Assembly: GCF_035084215.1 (NCBI RefSeq)
Contig: NC_090330.1
Location: 42,904,001 to 42,968,000, forward strand
DNA from: Heptranchias perlo
Taxonomy: Eukaryota
DNA: 64,000 nt
Direction: 5' to 3'
Position 1 is the first letter of the stretch, and the number at the start of each line of letters is the position of its first letter. Below are positions 13,203 through 27,249 of this stretch, piece by piece. Below the pieces are notes generated by a model. It did no database searches. It was not told the DNA's origin and saw only the letters and a program-made list of their open reading frames with translations. Both the position numbers and the translations under genes were made by a program.

Positions 13203-14596
13203 AGATTGGACAGTAAATTGGTTGGGAGATTACAACCTCTAAGCCCAGCCATAGTTCTGTGGCAAATCCAATAGTAGCATCTAATGTTTTGTTTTTTCCC
13301 TGAGCTTGGGAAGTTCTAGGTGACTCAGTCATATTCATGACAGTTAAGTTTCTCTGGGCAGGCAAACAATGTGCATATTGAGATCAAGGAATTACTGGGG
13401 CAGGCTCCTGATGGGTAGCATTTGGAACAGTTAGAGGAATCAGGGCAACATATTCATTTTTATTGTACTTGTCTGCCCTACAACTGTTGTGGGCAGGCTG
13501 CCTCGCCTGTCTAGGTTGGTGTATCTGTTGCCATGGGCAAGGCAGAGATGGTAATTATTTGTCCTGAGCAGAAAGTATAGAGGTTTATGTTGCACCAAAG
13601 TGTGATGAATGCTGTAATCCCCACATGTTCTGAGCAGAAGCACTTTTATTCCCCTAAATTTGTTTTGAGCATTGATGTGGTGATTTTTTTTTGTAGAGGT
13701 GGAGAGGGCGGTTGCTTCTATATGGATGAAATGATACATAGATGAAACTGGCCATGCCAGCTATCCCTCTACACTTGAGGTGTAGCTACTTTTGTGGTGC
13801 TCCATTGATTCCTTGTTGAATTCCTTTCACTTTATTTTTGCCTGGCATTTCTTTCCGCTCTTCCCCATCAGCCATGGCAAAGGTTGTCCTATGTGGCTAC
13901 TTATCTCTAGGTGGCTGATTCCTTTTAAATTTCATTTAAAGCTCAATTTTCTGGTCCCGCCTTTAGGTTAGCTCCATTGAAACATAGGAAAAGAAAATTG
14001 GGCGGGGTGTAAAATGGGCGGCCGCCACCTGGCGAAGTTGAAAATTCCATCCAGAGAAGTTTGCAGCACAGAAGGATGCTATTTAACCCATAGTGTCCGT
14101 GCCCGCTCTTTTTAGAGTCTTTGCACCCACAGCTACCCAGGTAGCCGTTTGTTTAGACCACACCATATTTACTTGAGCATATATAAGGAGATGTCTCTTC
14201 ACCATTATGCTTCACCAAAGATGCAGAAAATTCCCATCTCCTGCAGGACTAGGATGTTTCCGACCATAGCAGACAATGTCAAGACTGCCTCGTGTTCTGT
14301 ACCACGGGCTCCTTACAGACTGCCTTTGGTGACATCAGTTAGATCAGCCAGTCTACAGTGCACCACTGCTTACATCAAATCAAGGATACATTGTTTTCCA
14401 GCATGGGAGATTTCGTCACTTTTCCTAATGATAATGAGCATTAACAAGAGAGAGCTCTTCACTTATTTTTAGTGTGGCTTCCCAGAATTGTACAGTATTA
14501 AAGCTGGAGCCCATGCAGCAATATGAGCTCTTTGCAGCTGTACAATTCCATTTACAAACAAAAAGGGATTCCATTACATCAATTTGTAGATTATTT

Positions 14597-14798
14597 GTGA
14601 CCAATTGGGTTTTTACAACAATCCGACCGACGGCTTCATGGTTAATTTTACTGATACCAACTTTTTATTTTCCTTTTTTTTAATTGAATTCAAATTCTCA
14701 AACTGCCATGGTGGGATTTGAACTCGCATTCTCTAGTATATTAGTACAAACCTCTGGATGACTAATTCAGTAACATAACCACGACCTCACTGTACATC
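14597..14798 (-). mobile_element. tRNA-derived head fragment homologous to the 5' end of the LINE at 52170-52373
   Basis: Aligns by eye to 52170-52370 (GGGTTTTTACAACAATCCG...GGATTTGAACTC...AGTAACATAACCAC). B box GTTCAAATCC at 14714-14723 (minus). Confidence 0.75.
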
Positions 14799-14939
14799 AG
14801 GTTAGCACATTAATCCACTGGACCATCGGATAAATGAAGGAGCACAATCATGCAATTTCGGGGCTTATGTGTTTTACCGAAGCCTAGGATTGTCATCAGA
14901 TTGTTTTTTCACTGGTCCTGCCAGGTTTTTTAAATTATT

Positions 14940-15545
14940 GGCCCCAATTTTAAATCTGGGAAGGTTTTGCATAGGTGAATGATGAGGGGAGTTGGAAATT
15001 CATCCGTTGCTCCAGAAATCAGACCTAGATTATTTTAACTCCCAGGCCTTACTTAAATCCCACTGACTGACTTCCTGCCTGGAATGAGCAGGAAGTTGGT
15101 GGGGAGTGACGGAAAATCGAGCAGTCCGGGGGCTGCCCACCAACACAAGGTAGATGGCGAGATCAGTTTCCAGGGGCATCTCGCAGAGCTTACGTGTTCA
15201 GGAAGTGGGGTCTCAGGGCAGGGGAGGCCTAAACTTTTCTTCCTCCTCCTGGCCCCACAAAGGAAAGTGTAAAACTTACCTTTTGTGGCCTCTTCCTCGG
15301 GGCAGGTCCGGATTGGTCTTCATTTGGAGGGAAAGCCGCGGTGCTTTCTCCACTCAGGCCGGAATTAAAATTGCAGTTGGGGCCCTGATCTATATATTTA
15401 AAGAAGGACCTCGCTGTCTGGGAACCTGAGTGAAAATTGTGGTTTGCGGGATCTAGGCAGATTTCCAGCAGGTAAGTAACCCTGGCGATTTTAATTTCCC
15501 ACCCTCTCTGTTTTAACCATGTGGGTAGGGTTAAAATCACCTCCA
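14940..15545. mobile_element. Harbinger-type MITE, possibly nested in a hAT MITE (14885-15691)
   Basis: Ends GGCCCCAATTTTAAATC / GGGTTAAAATCACC. Outer ends TAGGATTGTCA (14885) and TGGCAACCCTA (15681-15691). Confidence 0.5.
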
Positions 15546-17879
15546 CTGATTTAACCAGCAATACGGTGGCAGTTTATTTAATTTAGTGTGTTGAAAACTT
15601 TAATATTAATAAAAACTGGTTACAACTGTCATCCAGCAACCAATAGGAATTTCAAAAACCCAGATGAGTTGGTGAAGAACTGGCAACCCTAGTGAGAGCT
15701 GTAAGATCCAACTATTAGAATGTGTGAGCCCATCTATGTGTGTCTGTAACTAACTCTGATGGCAAGCTATTAACATCATGGGTGAAAATTGGTATTACTA
15801 CTGATATAAACATTAGTATTTCAGGGAAATTAAACTTCAATAGCAGTTACGATCATGCTTTAAGATAATTTTATAGTTAGTTATATCCTGATCATTATAA
15901 CATTCCAGATGTAATGGGGTAGTGAAGTCAAAGAAGGAGTTTTTTTGACAGATGCTTAGTAGAAAGGAGTGCTGAATAATGACACCTCCTTCTAAGCAGT
16001 CAACATGCATAATATGCAAAATTATAGCAACCACACTAGCTTCATGAATGGCTAGGCCAGCCTGTCGGTTTATAAGATGGTAAGTTCTTCATAATATAGA
16101 AAGCAAGTGTAAGTGAGCTCTCTTGGGTTGGAATTAGTTTATAATGCCAGCTGAACTTGTCCCTGAGCGACAGCTATGTGATACAGTTTGAAAATCATGA
16201 CCTATGGTATGTACAAATAACAACTGGCAATTCTCTTCGTATTACCTCTTGAGCTGCAAGTTGCTCTGTGTCCTTTTCAGGCTGTCTAATATAATTATTG
16301 TTGCTGAAATTACATGTAGTCCATGGAGGGGTTGTGAAATACTGATGGATTTGAACATTATGTTATCTGATATCAGACTGCTGAAACTATTTTGTCTTAT
16401 CAATTTTAAATACTCAAGTGCTTTTCCAACTATGCTGGTTTTTCAAAGCCTGTACTTAAAACATACTGGTCTGTGTTTTGTATATGAAAATTGGAAAAAA
16501 ATGTTATCATTAGAATACAACAATTAAAATGTATTTGGTCTGAATTACTGATTACATTGTTGTACTTAATACTTCCAAACAACTGGATTAGATTTTCAAA
16601 TAAGGAATAAAAATAATAAAACTGGCTATAAAATATTATAATCTAAAATAAGATTAAATGGTATGAGTTATTTTGGTTTTAGTGGCTTTGTAGGTAATTC
16701 ATTTTCACAGTTAAACTGACAATAGTGCTACCTTCCATCATACAGAGATACATGTTATGTAATTCTCTTCCTTTTAATTTAGTGAGGGATATTGAGTGTG
16801 GTGTGGGGGAAGGGGTTTGCACTGAATCTCATCATATGATCAGTTTGTCTTCTTACACTCGACTCCTTTTGCAGGTGCATAGCAGAAGCCTAAGGCCATA
16901 AATCTATCTGTGTTCTCCTGTTTTCCCTTAAACTGCCTGCGGAGGTTTTGTAGTCCAGATGGCTCTAATTTGAGGTCCACGTACAATGCATTTGGTGTAT
17001 TGAGTTTCTACCCTGAAACCAACAGCACTTGCTCTTGCATTTGCTTGGATTAAAAAGTTTCTCTCTGTTATAGGGCATAACAGGGAGTCCTGTAGCAACT
17101 GAAGGAAGGAAATCATTACAAAGTTACACAGAACAAGGCTATGTGCTACAGCTGCTCATCGTTTAAGAGGCAGAAACATGGGGCCTCAAACATGAAACAG
17201 GATTCTTTACAAATGCTTGAGAGCGATCCTAGAAAAAACATCCTTAGAGGCTCGTTTAATAAACATTATGTGTAATAGTCTCAATGTGTGCACATTTTTC
17301 CTGAGGAGTTTTCACTAACTTCCCTTAGCTAACAAGATCCCAATATAGAACACTAAATAATTTAATATAAAGTTTTAACAATTTGTGTTAAAACTAATAT
17401 GATCAATTAGTAGCTGTCATTTTTGTTAACAATGAAGATATATTGCTCTCACGTTTAGCATTAGATGATTACTTTCAACATTGTTAACGACTGGGCTTTG
17501 TCCTGTTTTCAAGTCCATGTACATATATAGACAGGAACTACTATTCAAACAATGATTTTTGTTATTAGTAAAAACGGACAAAACTTGCAGAATAAAGTAA
17601 ATACACTTTGCTTTTTCAAATAAAGATAGCATCTTATGCACCTTGAACAACATTTCTTCTTAAAGCAGCCCATATAATATGGGGGAAAAAACCATGCCAT
17701 GTAAGCTTTCAGTATGTTAAAGGAATGTATTTTTGATGATTTGCATTTAAAATTAGTTTAAAAAAAACTAACGTTCTTAACTTCTGTTTTTTTTTGAGTT
17801 TACTTAAAATTGTAAATTATGACATACTGTTATTTCTTTGTAATTAGTTATACATTATCACTTGATAAATTTGCAGTAA

Positions 17880-17968
17880 TTATGCCACAGCAGTTACTCC
17901 TTCGGTGATGACATCACCATTCATCAATCCCATGTCTTGGTTGTCGACATCCACTGCAACAACCAGTG
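17880..17968 (-). CDS. Candidate last coding exon of an unidentified host gene (xLVVAVDVDNQDMGLMNGDVITEGVTAVA*)
   Basis: Strong acceptor ttttctgttttcattctattattttgtcag, then a phase-1 open frame of 28 further codons to TAA. GC-richer than its flanks. Followed by TE-free AT-rich 3'UTR-like sequence with ATTAAA at ~17361-17366 (minus). Confidence 0.5.
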
Positions 17969-19709
17969 CTGACAAAATAATAGAATGAAAACAGAAAAAT
18001 AAGTTGAATTCCACAGTACGCAATGTAAAAATAATAGATGCATAGTGATATTTTCAAAACAGTAATCACATTTTAGTCCTCAAACGGTTGTTTGTTAACA
18101 ATTTTTATTTAAGATTTTCAAGGGAAAGACTGAATATAATAAGCAAGCAAAGTAAGTAAAGAGGATAACATACCCAACAATCCATCATAATTAGTAGTTG
18201 GCAGTGATCAAAAAAACAAGCATAAGTGTTAGGAACCAATGTCAAACATAATCCCTGGCTGTAGTCTGTCCTCTTCAGGGATTTAAGTATTCAGCACAAA
18301 CAATAAATACTGAACACCATATGACAGAGGTGGCATTATAATTGACTAATGCTAATTATGGCATTATGAAAGGAGTAATGGGGATTGGGTGGAGAAATAT
18401 TACTGTAAACATATACATTTCATGCTAGTAGAACTAGTCCAAATATGGCTGCAAGTATTACTGCCAAGGCCTACAGTTTAATGTATGGGAATAGACCATA
18501 GTTGAAATTATTGCACCAGTGGAAGGGACAGCATTAATAAAATTAACCCTGGTTGAATAGTTACAGCACTCAGGGTCACCATTGGAATGAGAAGATATAG
18601 ATACAGGTACTTTAAAGTTTAGCCTGATCCACTATGTCATAGCTGACATTTTTGAACTCCTGTTGTCTTGCTTTCCCAGCTCAACACATCTAAACAGTTC
18701 ATTTAAACTGAGATTATTTGTTTTGTAGTCCTTGCACAAATCTGTTCTACATTTATTGAAAGCTATTGAGCACATTTTGGGGAGGATTATATTTAAGAAC
18801 TATAAATGACTAATGAAGCTGCAAAAAACAGATACTGCAACTTTTAAGAAATCTACGTTTTACATTTAAAATAAAACACCTCTAAATCAGAAATTTAAAA
18901 AGTCTGTTGTTTTTGTTTCCTAGGTTGTGAATATGGTTTCAAATAAAAACCTTTTCATTTAGTCTTTTCCTAGAGTTCACATGACCTTAAAGTAGAATTT
19001 AGCTCAACTGGAAAGCCAATTAACAGATTTCATTGTTGATTTCTTGTTTACCAGGAGTTACCACCATTGAAAATAACTAACGAGGAGACCAGCTTTTATT
19101 TTCTGTTAAGAAAAATAAGGCTTTTTTGTTCATGTTTTTTCCAAGATACTCCGGTATATTTTCTTATTTGTTTGAAAAAGAGGGGTCTCTCTTTCCCCCC
19201 CCCCTCCCCACCCCCACACACACTCATAGTCTGCTTGCCATCACACAGGCAGGACAGGATAGATTACACTGTAAATTTCTCTTCTAGCGCTGTCAATACC
19301 ATCCTATACTTAGCTGGCAGAAGGTTCAATTCAAATAGGATGTGCTGCATTATGTCAACCTTTCCTCAGGAAAGGGGAACCTGGGGGAAATGCCTCATTT
19401 CTACACAGCACTTCATCTAACCACATGGCCAAGAACTGAGTGAACTCAGTGACTATGGCAGGAATAGTTGAGTAATAAATACCCAGAACTTGAATTTATT
19501 ATATTCTCATATACTGCACTTTATCGACTACTCAGCAGTGTAAAGACGCATTTTGAAATTAGGAACAGTTGTACAGAAAAAGACCAATGCAATTTTCTAC
19601 TTTAGCATCTGCAAAATCTTTTCTACAAATGTGAAAAATTTCCTATTGTGTCAGCACACCACACAAATCTTGTGGTAGGATTAGATGAGAGCAGGATCAC
19701 AGACATTAA

Positions 19710-19893
19710 GGGTAATTTTAACCTCACACACCAGGCGGGAAACTGATGAGATCGGGTCGACCGCTGATTTTACACCCCGCCCGATTTTACTCTCCATTGA
19801 AGTCAATGGAGTATAAAATTGGGCGGGATGTAAATCTGCCATTCGAACCATTTCTGTCAGTTTCCAGCCAGGTGTGTTAGTTTAAAATGACCC
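19710..19893. mobile_element. Palindromic Tourist/Harbinger-type MITE with TAA TSD
   Basis: TAA|GGGTAATTTTAA...TTAAAATGACCC|TAA. The whole element is an imperfect palindrome centred on ACTCCATTGAAGTCAATGGAGT. Confidence 0.85.
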
Positions 19894-20249
19894 TAATCCA
19901 TTTAAATCAGATGCACAGTCACTTCTCTTGTGAAGTTGTTAGGTAAGTTTTTAAACACTGCTTATCAATGTGTACAACGATATTGTTCAAGTCAAAAAAC
20001 ATCATCATGTTGCGATAATGTCATTACATTGGTTGTCCACGGTGTCGTTCTGACAAAAATGTATGGGTTATGGGTTTGTCTACAACATAGTAGTACAAAT
20101 AATTGGTTGAAGAAAAGGAAGTAATTGGTACTTATTAGGGAAGTTACATCATGATAGGGGAAGTACTTAGTGGAGTACCCGGAGATAAATGCTGAGGCTC
20201 CTACTGTTCCTAAAATACTTTAATCATTTAGATTCTGAAACCCAATGCA

Positions 20250-20520
20250 AATTGGTCAAAATTATGCTAAACTAGGGGGCAGCTGAGTGAGAAGAAGCAG
20301 CTAGGGACCTACAAAAGGAACTAGATAAAATCCATAAAAGGGCAGAACAGCAACAGATGAAAATACAGAAAAGTGCAAGGTTACACCAAGGAAAAATGGG
20401 TGTCGTACTTACACTATGGATGATGTAGAAATATCTAAAGATGAAGTTGAAAAGGAGCTGGGTCGATGGTAGTTTTGGCATTTAATATGTGAAACCACTG
20501 TGGAACAGCAATAAACAAAG
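20250..20520 (+). mobile_element. Highly decayed CR1 RT fragment
   Basis: AKLGG...LQKELDKIHKRAEQQQMK resembles the region after the FADD motif. Confidence 0.4.
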
Positions 20521-20668
20521 TGAGTAGAATAGTGAATTATATTGCTGTATTTGTGACAGTTGCATTTTGACTGCTGTGTTCGTTTTGATTAACAGAACTC
20601 TTGCATTAGAGCTAATGCGTTTTTTTCTGCTTGCTGTTAGTTTTCTACATTTTAGCGTTCCATTGTGC

Positions 20669-22363
20669 ATAATAAATACTTTGCGTCTGTCTTCACAAAA
20701 GAGAGGGACGATGCAGAGATTGTAGTTAAACTATGTTTATCCCATTTATTGGATGGGATAAACATAGTGAGAGAGGAAGTATTAAGGGGATCAGCATCTT
20801 TGAAAATAGATAAATCACCAGGGCCAGATGAAATGTATCCCAGGCTGTTAAAAAAAGCAAGGGAGGAAATAGCGGAGGCTCTGACCATTATTTTCCAATC
20901 CTCACTGGATACAGGTGTGCTACCAGAGGATTGGAGGACTGCTAATGTTGTACCGTTGTTTAAAAAGGGAGCGAGGGACAGACCAAGTAATTACAGGCCA
21001 ATCAGTCTAACCTCAGTGGAGGACAAATTATTGGAATTAATTCTAAGGGACAGGATAAACCGTCACTTAGAAAGGCACAGAGTAATCAAGGACAGTCAGC
21101 ATGGAGTTGTTAAGGGAAGGTAGTGTCTGACTAACTTGATTGCATTTTTTGAGGAGGTAACAAGGAGGGTAGATGAGGGTAGTGCATTTAATATAGTCTA
21201 TAAGGATTTTAGCAAGGCTTTTGACAAGGTCCCACATGGCAGACTGGTCAAAAAAGTACAAACCCATGGGATCCAAGAGCAAGTGGCAAGTTGGATTCAA
21301 AATTGGCTCAGTGGCAGGAAGCAAAGAGTAATGGCTGACGGGTGTTTTTACGACTGGAAGGCTGTTTCTGGTAGGGTTCCGCAGGGCTCAGTACTAGGTC
21401 CCATGCTTTTTGTTGTATATATTATTGATTTAGACTTAAATGATTAAGAAGTTTGCAGATGATACAAAAATTGGCTGTGTGATTGCTGCTGAGGAGGCAA
21501 GCTGTAGACTGCAGGAAGATATCAATGGACTGGTCAGGTAGGCAGAAAAGTGGCAAATCGAATTCAATCCAGAGAAATGTGAGGTAATGCACTTGGGGAA
21601 GGCAAACAAGGCAAGGGAATCCACAATAAATGGAAGGAAACTGAGAGGTATAGAGGAAGTGAGGGACCTTGGAGTGCACATCCACAGATCCCTGAAGGTA
21701 CCAGGACAGGTAGATAAGGTGGTTAAGAAGGCATATGGAATACTTTATTAGCCGAGGCATAGAATATAAAAGCAGGGAGGTTATGCAGGAACTGTATAAA
21801 ACACTAGTTAGGCCACAGCTTGAGGACCATGTACAGATCTGGTCACCACATTACAGGAAAGATGTGATTGCACTAGAGTGGGTGCAGAGGAGATTTACGA
21901 GGACTGGAGAATTTTAGCTATGAGGAAAGATTGGATAGGCTGGGGTTGTTTTCCTTGGTACAGAGGAGGCTGAGGGGTGATTTAATTGAGGTGTATAAAA
22001 TTATGAGGGGTCTAGATAGAGTGGATAGGAAGGACCTATTTCCCTTAGCAGAGAGGTCAATAACCAGGGGGCATAGATTTAAAGTGATTGGTAGAAGGAG
22101 TTGGGGGAGCTGAGGAAATTTTTTTTCACCCAGAGGGTGGTGGGGGTCTGGAACTCACTGCCTGAAAGGGTGGTAGAGGCAGAAACCCTCGACTCATTTA
22201 AAAAGTACCTGGATGTGCACCTGAAGTGCCATAACCTACATGGCTACGGACCAAGTGCTGCAAAGTGGGATTAGGCTGGGTGGCTCATTTTTGGCCGGCG
22301 TGGACAGGATGTGCTGAATGGACTCCTTCTGTGCCGTAAATTTTCTATGATTCTATTCTATGA
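20669..22363 (+). mobile_element. 5'-truncated CR1 LINE (RT to 3' tail)
   Basis: [61 protein letters not shown]; stops and frameshifts; tail TTCTATGATTCTATTCTATGA. Confidence 0.93.
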
Positions 22364-22364
22364 C

Positions 22365-25300
22365 CTCCAACAGCAGCATTCTTGCTGCCATCAGTTGCCA
22401 CCCTCAGCATTAGCATTCCACTGGGCCTGCCAATGGCTGTTCTGGATTTTGAGGATGAAGAAGAATTGCTGTGGAAGGAGGAAAGGCAGGTGTGCTTGCT
22501 TCTCACAGGTGGCTGAGGACTTATGTGATACAACGCAGGCACAACTACTTGGCCATGCCTTTGTCAAATACGATTCAGCAGGGAGGCAATCACCAAGTTG
22601 TGCCAACTTCATAGCATGACCTATAATCTACATGCAGGACTGGACAGTCCTTCCCACTTTGGTGAAAGTCACCACCATATTGAATCTTTATGCTACTGGC
22701 TCATTTTATGCCATCACTGGTGACATTTGCCAGATCATTCGTACATCACTGCATTGAATAGATCACTGAAGCTTTGTTTGCCAAAGGCAACATGTTTGTC
22801 ACTTTCCGTATGGAAAAGAGGGAACAAAGGAAGAGTCTCAGCACTTCTAGTAGGTGGCTACATTCCCAAAACTGCTAGCTGTCAGTGATGGCTCTTACGC
22901 AGCCATCAGGACACCAAACAACAATCCTATGGCACATATATAAATCGCTGGGGATTTCATTCAATAAGTGTACAGGTGGTCTGAGACCACCACAACAGAA
23001 CACTGCAGGATACCTGGCAGCAGTCACAATACTTTTATCCTGAGTCAGTTCATAGTGTCAAAACTATTTGAGGGAGCAGACAGAATGGATGGATAGTTGC
23101 TGGGGGTCCGTCTGTCCCGGGCACCTCTGGTTATCAACACCAGTCAGGAACCTCCACATTGAGGCAGAGCAAAAATACAATTCGAACACATGATCAGGAT
23201 CTCAAATCAGTACTTTTGTGACTGGACAGATCAGCTGGGGTCCTATGCTACGATCATTAAAAGTGTCAAAGATCATTTACATCTGCTGTGTGCTACACAA
23301 CATTGCCATTTGGAGAGAGGAAAGCATGCAGCCAGAATGGCTGGAAGGTGAGCCTGTATCCTTGCCTACAGAGGAGAAGGAAGAAGTGGAGGAGGAAGAA
23401 GAGGAAAAGGTTGAAGGATAACTGGATGAGACTGATGCATGGCTATCAAGCAGTCTAGTGCATCAAGGAATCATTGACAGGGCTTTCTCTTGAAAGTATC
23501 CCTTGAGCCCCTTCATGAAAGGTCCTATAGTCCTTTCTATAGTAGATTGACCCATAACAACATAATGGCCCAAATTCCCCCTGGCTTCATTACCTTCCCA
23601 ACACCAACATTATATATCCCTTCTGTGAAAAAATCATCTATAAATGTTCTAAAGAAGATGCAAGCAGTTTATATTCTACCCCATATGTCTGTCTCTGCAT
23701 CATTGTTTGCTTATTCATCAATGGGAACTTGCCATTAGCAAATGCCTTATTTCTGCTGGGTCATGAAGGGCCCTGCCAATACTGCCAGCATCTGAGCAGG
23801 TTGGCTGCTGCTATTCCCTACCTGCCTCTTCTGCAGTCCACTGAGAGAATGTGAAGCTTGCCATCAAAGTGATCTCAAGCTGATCCCCTAACCACTTTAG
23901 AAGTGAGAGTCTTGTTTAAATTAGAGCCCAAGTTCTCAATAATGGCAGGCACAGTGCTGGTGAGCAAAACTGCATCAGTTCTTGGGCCCTCTGTTCTCAG
24001 GGGTTCCACTGCAGGATGCTCTGAAGTTGCCTCTCACTCCATAGTGCTGTGCCAGTTTCCCAAACCCTCTTACATGCCTACAGAGAAGTAAGAGTAGCTC
24101 TACTGCATGTTCTGTACCATTCCATGCACAGAGCTGTGAAGTTTCTCAAAGGACTTTGTGAAGAGTCTCTGCTGATTAGCCAGTGAAGCTCAGTATGCAG
24201 CTCCTATAATCCATGGGTCTCGCAGCAGCTGCTCGTCTGACCCTAGCCCTTCTTCCTTTGTTTTCGCCTCATATGCTGGCATCTCCACTTGTACCTCCTT
24301 ATTGGTGCTTGATGCTAGTGCTCCCTCCTGATCTGATTCCCCCAAATGTTTCTGGGCTGGTGCTTGTGGGGCTGCAGTGCTTGATGAATGCTCATCTGAT
24401 GAGGCTGCTTCCTCCTCCTTCCTGGTGCCAGCATCCTCATCTTGGACCAGCCCTACACAAAGGAAAGGGAATGTGTGAGCATAGGTTATGCAGGCAATAG
24501 CTGGGACCACAACAGCAAGGCCTAAATGGTTCCTTGCAGCAGAGGAGCCAATGTGGCAGCTTCTTAGTCATTGAATCAGTGTAAAATGCTAGCAAGAAGA
24601 GGATGTTGCAGTGAGACTTTATCTTATTGGGTTGGCATCAAGCTCTGTCTTGCCCATTCACTCAATGGGCCTCCATGCCAACTTCTTGGATGGAATGTCT
24701 CTCAAGTCAGTTAAGATAGCATAGGTCAAGTGGTCCACCACCAGTGTATGTCCTCTTGCATAAGTTATGTGCCTCCTTCTCCTACCAAAACAAAGCAAAT
24801 AGGGAAATGTTATGATAGCAATGAAGCATAGGTGCAGCCCTGTTTCTACTTTCCACCTGGTGTGAAAGAAATACAGAACATGCATGTAGTTTGAGGAGCC
24901 ATAGTTGATTTCCTAAACTGCAGTCTTCACAAAAAGGGAGAACATTCAAAGCAAACTAGTGATAACAGTAGTGAAAAACACCCACAACTATTCTTCCACT
25001 GGCACATACCACTTAAACAAAACCACACAGATAAACCCTTTCAGTATTGAATGTCCTTTGGAACCTACTTGTTTGTTACCTGCCAAAAAAAAAAGATGAA
25101 CAAATATGCAACAGTTCTATGAGTGAAAGTCAAGCCTTAGCCTTTGTCTGCCACCAACTTGGAACAGCACATTCATTGAGATGCTAATGAAGTGGGTATT
25201 ATTTGTGGCCAGTGCTTTGCAGGAAGCAGTGGTGATCTGGCACCATGCTATGGTCTGTACTTGATGCAAGACTGCGATAAGATTACTTTCCTTTCAGTGA

Positions 25301-25809
25301 GTAGCATTTATTGAAGTTACCTTAGCATTCTTTCCCAGTTCTGAGTACTTATTGCACATTGGCTGTCATGACCTATGGATGAAGGAGAATACATTGACTC
25401 TATTTGCCATCTCCTACAAAGCCACTGCACAGTAGATCTATTAGGATGTTTCCCTTTGCCCAGAAATGGCCACTTTTTTCTGTACCACCTCTCCAGCAGG
25501 TCCACCATGCTCTCTTTGGTGCAGGGACTTCTCTGGGCTCCTCCAGCTATCTTCTTTACCCATCATGCAGCCTACACTCAAAACTGTGCAGCAGCCCTTT
25601 AAATGTAGCTGTCCTTTAAGGGTTGCTCTACTTTAGATTCCCTGCACCTCCCAAGTGACTCAGCATTCTCTTTGCATGTAAAAATTATGCAGAAAACTCA
25701 GACAAATTATTCCTATTAATTGACCCTGCAGAATCCAACAGGGTCAAACCAACATGTAAACGGTACAGGGGTGCCGCAAGTGCCAGAAGTGTAGGTCATC
25801 TTTTGGCCC
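22365..25809 (+). mobile_element. Decayed PIF/Harbinger transposon: Harbi1-like nuclease on + (~22400-23450), convergent Myb/SANT-type gene remnants on - (~23700-25520)
   Basis: LVKVTTILNLYATGSF..TGDIC, GFHSISVQVV, PGSSHNTFIL and KVSKIIYICCVLHNIA, then an acidic tail. Myb-like remnants on minus with donor-like sites at ~25318 and ~24780. Confidence 0.7.
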
Positions 25810-26394
25810 AATCATTGAATTGATTCTAGTGGGAATTCAGGTATGAGCCATAATAGATGAAAAGTCATAGACCCATGAATTGGACACGTGCTCAAATCCT
25901 TTCCAGAGCCAAAATGAAGAGGGAATATCATAGACAATAGCCAATGAGAAGGTACAAAGTATCTAGTAGCAGTGGAATAAATCTCAGTTCCTGCAAAATT
26001 TTTCCCTTTACGTAAGGGTGGCACAAAGGTATGGTACATTGTTGCTCGAACAGCTAATGCTAGGAAATGGTTTACACTTGTAGTTCCCACCACAGTGAGG
26101 TTCTGATCTCTGCTGCACTGTCAGAAAGAGGTAATGGACAGAGACCCATTGCTTCCACACATTGAAGGAGAGGAAGAAGAAAAAAATCAGAGAGCAAATC
26201 ATCCTAAGTTCATCTTGCACATTTCCTTATTCCCATACACTGGCAGAAGTCTGGGAATAGGTTGCTTACCGATCCTCTTGACTCAGAAATGGTCAAAAGC
26301 GTCATTGGAAAACTTCATGGAAAGGCAAGTTGTGAAAAGTCATTCTTTCACTCTGCATTTAAAAAGCAAAAAAGGTCCACCTAAAGGATTTTAT

Positions 26395-26627
26395 GGGGTA
26401 GATTTTTGTCTTTTTGGCATAGACGTTAAGCATCACCTGATGGAGCACAGAGAGGAAAATATAGTGGGGAAGATCACAAGCCCCTTATAGAACCTGCCAG
26501 ATTTTCCTTCCATTAATTTCAGTGGTAGGTTCTGTTATCGGCATATGAACCTCCCTGAAGATTTTTCTTTCTGCACTCCGTCCAGGTGATGCATGATGCC
26601 CAGGCAGTGGAAAGTGAAATCTATCCC
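26395..26627. mobile_element. Palindromic MITE, same family as 42539-42753
   Basis: Ends GGGGTAGATTT / AAATCTATCCC; internal arms GCATCACCTG.ATGGAG / CTCCGTCCAGGTGATGC; centre TTCCATTAATTTCAGTGG. Confidence 0.65.
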
Positions 26628-27249
26628 TGTGTGTTCTGGCAACCATTTCTTGTAATTGACACCAGCAAGCAATGGGATGTGGAGGCCTTATTGCCTGAGA
26701 CATGCCACGCAGTTTTCTTTTGCCAAAAACATGCAGGCCTGTAGCGGTATAGCCCTGTTCTGCTGGTAACGCAGCTGACTGCGTCTGAGCAGTGCAGAAG
26801 TGATCAAAAGCCTGATTATAGCTACTGTGATAAGGGAAAACCAGATGTTGGATTGACAATACAACTTGCTAGGCTTTTAAATAGGCTCACCTCTTCCTGA
26901 AGCTCCAGAGACATCGCCTTGCCATCATGACAGAGAAAGGAGGGAAAATCAGAAAGATAGAAGGATAACAGTGGCTAAATCAAGTTCATTTTATAATAAG
27001 CTAGTTGAATTCCCGTGGTATTGCATACATGGAGTCAAGAAAAATTGCAGTATTCAGGTCAAGCAGGGTTACAGGGTGGAGGGATACTTGGACCGAAGTG
27101 GGGGAAAGGGGGAGACGAAGAAGGCAGATGGAATGAGGAGGAAGGGAAGGGAAGGGAATGGGAGGGGGAGGAAGGGATGGGAAGGAGAGACGGGTGGAGT
27201 GGGAGAGATCAGGGAAAGGGGATAGATAGGAGAGTGAGGAAAAGAGACC

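Noticed and set aside
26485-26859. Myb-like remnant (ITWTECRKK) or the 124-aa ORF
   Set aside because: The motif lies within the palindromic arm of the MITE at 26395-26627; coincidental.
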